This document shows, in pieces, positions 59,291-64,000 of a DNA stretch of 64,000 bases; positions within the stretch are counted from its first letter, which is position 1, and each line of letters opens with the position of its first letter. The notes beneath the pieces are model-generated. The model had not been told where the DNA came from. It did not search any database and saw only the letters and a list, made by a program, of their open reading frames with translations. This DNA is from Chara braunii (Eukaryota; Plantae; Charophyceae), in the NCBI GenBank assembly GCA_003427395.1, contig BFEA01000035.1:4359068-4423067 (forward strand), in the 5' to 3' direction. Both the position numbers and the translations under genes were made by a program.

Positions 59291-61599
59291 GGCACTGTTC
59301 GGCTGCTGATGTGGCACGGTTATCGGCTGGCATGGTGCTGACGTGTCACTGCTGACGTTGCCTGCTGATGTGGTCTGCTGACGTGGCCTGCTGACATGGT
59401 CTGCTGACGTGGTCTGCTGATGCGGCAACTCACCAATGCCACAGTAGGGGGTACCCGGAATCAGATGCAGAAGAGAAGACCAGAGGGGGCAACAACATTG
59501 GGGGGGCGAGGGGGGGGGGGAGCGCGGTCGATCGCCCATATAAGGAGGCACTAATCAAAAAAAGAAAAGCTTGAAATTTGCGGAAAAAAAAATCGAGAAC
59601 TTGATAATTAGAAAACTCGACTTTGCAAGTTTAGTAGGTCTCCCAATCGCCCTCAAATTCGAAAAAAAGCGAATTTTCAGACTGCGAACGAATAATGATA
59701 ATGGTCATAATGAATGATCAACGGAACTGCGAAAGTTGACTGCAAGTTCCGGGAATTCCGGGAAAAAAATAAACATTTCTGGAGAATTTTTTTTTGCGGG
59801 AACACGTTCACGAGCCGTTCGCACGAGGGGCGTGAACACTTTCACCGTGGTTCACCGTGCTACGCAGGAAAAAAGAAATGTTCATGCACATTTCTTAGCA
59901 GCCACAGTGCGGGTTTTGTCTGGTGAAGCAAAGATATGGATCAAGGTCTGACGTGCGCCCGTCCCTCCCCCGTCAACTTGAAAAAGAAAAAAAAACTTTA
60001 TAAAAGTATATTCTTTTTTTTATTTTTCTATATTCTTCTCTCAACTTCTGTTTTTGCCTTTCACAACCTACTCCTAAGGCTATCAAGAGGGGACCCCTGC
60101 AAGCATAGTTTCCTCTCACTGTGAAGGGGAGATTTCATGTTGCCCCTTGCCCCTAATGTTTAGGGTATAGGGTTGGGGCCGCCAGTGGGGGTCTGGCTAA
60201 CACAAAGACCGAGACCTGCCAGTAGCTGCGCCTCCCTTTTTCATCGTCCCCCACCCCTCATCGAGTAGCAGCAGTGGCTATGGCAAACACTCTCCCACAC
60301 ACCACACACAACCCACTCGCGCTCACACTCACACCCATGCATATTCTTAACTATTTATTCGAATTTTTTTTCTGAGTTTAAGAAATGCGTATGAACGTAG
60401 AGTTTGCAATCTGTAAACATACATGTACACTTTTCTTGGAAGTAGGTTTAGGCTGGGGCTTGTGTGTTGTGAAGCAAGATATGGACCCAAGTCTGACAGC
60501 ACCCCCTCCCCCCCACAGTTTGAAAAAAAAAAAAAAAAATGTTCCACCACTTCCTCTGATCCTTTTGCCGACCCTGAATTTCACTGCGCACTGAGTTTTG
60601 CCGAGCCTGGGCAGTTGCATCAAGGAAAGAACAAAAAAAGTTTAAAAAACGAAAGAAAAGAAGGAAAATAAAAACAAAACTTGCCTAACAGCGTGATAAC
60701 CATCAGATGCATTCTATGAGGTGTCAGTGTGACTGCGCCCTCAGTGAGAGGGTCCGTCCGCTCAAACAACAAACGAAAAGGAAAAAGACAAAAAAGAATC
60801 CCTTACTTGCTGTGATTCCGGTCCTATACAGGACGCTACAGTACCGGTCCTATACAGGACGCTACAGTACCAGTGTGAGTACGAGGAAGTGAGGCAGTTG
60901 GATTCGCCCGTGGAAAACACCCTGTCTCACTGGCACGGCACCAAAACGACTTGCAAAGAAAGTATATAAAAAAAAAGGCCTACAGCAATCCCGTTCCGTA
61001 CATCGTGGCCAGATACATTCCTCAAGGCACCGGTGTGACTTCCACCTCCGTGAGGGCCTTCCATGACGTCGGTGGAAATGAAAATCTTTAGTTTTATTCC
61101 TCTTTTTTTTTCTTTCTTCTTTTCTTTTGTTTTCAAAGGAGGATGCCGCGCCTGCCCCGTGGCATCAGACTCTGACGAATAGGCTACTAGATGGACTTCG
61201 CATTTGCCTGTGAAAGGTACTGGTGGTTTAACTTGAAAGAACGGAAAAAAAATCCATTTGAGTCTGTGTGAGTCTGTTTGAGTCTGATCTTTACCATACT
61301 GCCCACACTGCCCGCACCGCGGGCGCTAAGCAGTCGTCTTTAAAGCTTAAAAGATGATAAAGTGGTGATAGTCATGAGTGGTAGAAGTTCAGGCAGGACT
61401 GAGGGAGTGGTGGATGTGCTGAGTGGTAGAAGTTCAGGTAGAACTGAGGGAGTGGTGGATGAGCCGGGACAATTGACAAAAAGGCGGGTGTGAGGGGATA
61501 GAGGAAAGGACATCCCACTTGCAAAACACAAACAAAGATGATTCGCCGGCCTGTCTGCAATCACCATGCCTGGGCTAGAAACGATGACTGCCTGGTTTC

Positions 61600-63360
61600 G
61601 TTCCCATGGTGGCTCATGTACCTGACGAGCGCAATGGTTCCGTCAAAGCGGCATCAGTTGTAAGGTACACTCCGTCGGAAAAAAAAACAAATTGGCTCAG
61701 GGCCTATGCGCCCGACAGTTGAGTTCGGTCAACTGCCCAGCGCCCCAAGAGTCGCTGCATGTACCCAGCCCAGGCCGCCGGTCAGACACAGACACTTGTT
61801 TGTATGCAGGTACCAAGACAGCATTCTGACCAAGTGGAAGTCTGCAACTGTACGTGATCCAGGCCCTCGGCTGTGAGTCAATCTGAGCCACCGTGGGCGG
61901 GAGACCTGAGGCCGGTCAGCCTCGTCAAACACTACATAAGGCCCGGCCTCCAGGGAGTCAACATTCAGTCTTGCTATGCTGCCTTGGCGCTGGCTTGGCG
62001 CTGGCTGCACGCTGGTACTGTGGACGACAACGTGAGACTGCTGCTGCACGCCGGCGCCTTCCTGCTTTGGCGCCAGCCTATGCTGATGTGGCGCAAGGCC
62101 ACGCTGTCTTCGGCATTGCTGGTGTGGCGCATGCCACTCTGTCTTCATTGCTGACGTGGCATTTGCCACGCTGTCTACATTGCTGAGTTGGACGCGACAA
62201 GGAGGGAGATCAAGATCTGTGGATGACTGAGACGGAAGTTCACTGTGCGCTGCTGAACGTCTTCAACGTCTTCACGAGAGAACTGTGCCACGTGGCACTT
62301 TGATGTGATCAGGACCTGTAAGGCTCGTTATTGGACAGTATTGTTGACGTGAAGGCGAGAGGAAGCCCAAAGGAGGAGCAGGAATGTCGAGCTACTATCT
62401 CTGTGGCCAATGATTGGCATTTCTCTTCCACCTTCTGACTGTCTATTCCCCCTCTCCTCTCTTCGTCTACTGGAAATGAGACATTGTATCAGAGATCACA
62501 TTCATGATTATTGGGAGCATTGTTCAGCGTCGAGTTAGCTTGTACTTTGACATCTGACGAGTATCCTACGGACTGGGTTCATTACAATTTGTTATCGGAG
62601 CATACCTTCTTCGTCGCGATCTGCTGTCTGGCGCCACGTGGCGCACAGGTGAGTGGGATGTGCCGTGCGTGATTGGAAAGAAACGTGTTTATAAACGCGC
62701 ACGATTATCATCGCAGTCTAGACATTGATCGCCACACGCGTGCGCATACTCCCTGGAAGATGATGACATGGACCTTTTGAAGTGAAGAAGGCGACATTGC
62801 TTACATGGCGCTTTGTTGATGAGCTGGCGATCTGATACCAGCGAGAGCATCGTTGACTATAGGCTGATGTGGCGCTGGTAAGGGAGAGTGGTGTATCGGG
62901 ACTGCTGATGTGGCACGCTGCCAACGTTGGATGGTGCAGGGGTGCTGACATGACATCCTAGGACTGGCAGTGTATTGTCTGACGTGGCACATACCTGTGT
63001 CGCGACTTATCTGGTGACTAGGCATACCACATTCCAGCGGTACTTCGATCTGACACGGCATACCAGTGGTGGATGAGTTTATAGTTCGTGCATTGCTGAC
63101 ATGGCATCCCTCCTGAAGGCCTTACTGGCCATTGGCGCTCACATGGCAGACTCTGTGGGGCTGCTGTGTTAACATTCCAGGGGTGACACGTGGCATATTT
63201 TGTGCGTTGTCGTGGGTGAGGAGTTGATATTTGCACTTGTGTGCTGGCGGGCGGTACAGCTTCGCGATTTAATGTAGTGCCACGCGCCGACCCTTGTGTC
63301 TAGCCGCACTGGTTTCCGCAAATGGTGCAACGGAAGAGGAAAAAATGCTGACAATTGATT
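61600..63360. mobile_element. Degenerate retroelement-like relic rich in GCTGA(C/T)GTGGC motifs
   Basis: Same repeated motif as the leader at 59300-59430; no intact ORF. Confidence 0.35.
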
Positions 63361-64000
63361 GTTGTTGTTGTATTGGCTGACTTACTCACGTGTCTTGGTT
63401 GCTCTGTGGTTGCCGTGCATGCTCACCTCAATCACCTGTTTTGTTGTCTCTTGATCACATTGGTCGTGGTTGCGGTAGTTGTACACTCTCATTAGAATGC
63501 CATCATACATAGGGCAAACAACAGAAGTTAGAAGTAAATTGAAATTTGTTCCTTCATTATTTGTTGTTTATTTATTTTGTTGTAGTAGAGTGAAACCGGG
63601 TGTGGCTGTTGAATTCATTATTGTCTTGTAATTATTTATTATGTGGCGGACACACACTGTGAAAATGTCTTACCTCTAGAATTTTCCACGCCTCTCTGTG
63701 TTGACTCGTGCATCCCTTTCTTTTTCTTCCCAGTTTCTATGACCTTCTTCGTTGATGAGGAAGGTAGTGAATTGAAAACCCGAAGCCAAATTGAAAATAG
63801 ACGGTAAGAGATGTTGGGCCGTCTACATCAGTTGATCACCGACCTACATGATGCTGGAGCCGACGCTGAACAACAAGTATGCAGCTAGTTTGATCTGTGC
63901 GCAGCAAAAAGTAACTAGAGAAGGATGAGACGTCTGTTTAGATGATGGAAGTGAGCACCCATGTACAACAAATCATTATTCAAAGCCGACAAAATCTGGA

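Overview
Eukaryotic, repeat-rich, gene-poor nuclear DNA with four N-gaps. A plant-type U6 sequence, plant-mitochondrial-type NUMTs, the style of the gag remnant and a Nextera mate-pair adapter suggest a large-genome streptophyte; a charophyte such as Chara is my inference and is not proven. There is one convincing protein-coding exon (48352-51309, ~985 aa, Gln/acidic low-complexity). It contains a ~170-aa globular island that resembles the N-terminal coiled-coil/helical region of P-element-like transposases and has no catalytic domain. Most of the rest is intron/intergenic DNA. It contains: (i) a family of small elements with ACCACCAGTAC termini that sit head-to-tail in variable order and share TTAA junctions; (ii) PIF/Harbinger (Tourist)-like and other MITEs; (iii) four U6 snRNA retrocopies within 12 kb; (iv) short mitochondrial insertions (cox1 fused to SSU rRNA, LSU rRNA, nad7); (v) a tRNA-headed SINE-like element; (vi) gag-like and LINE-like relics; (vii) many microsatellites and tandem duplications. 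An untrimmed Nextera mate-pair junction at 55704-55775 is an assembly artefact. Almost all short ORFs in the supplied track are spurious.
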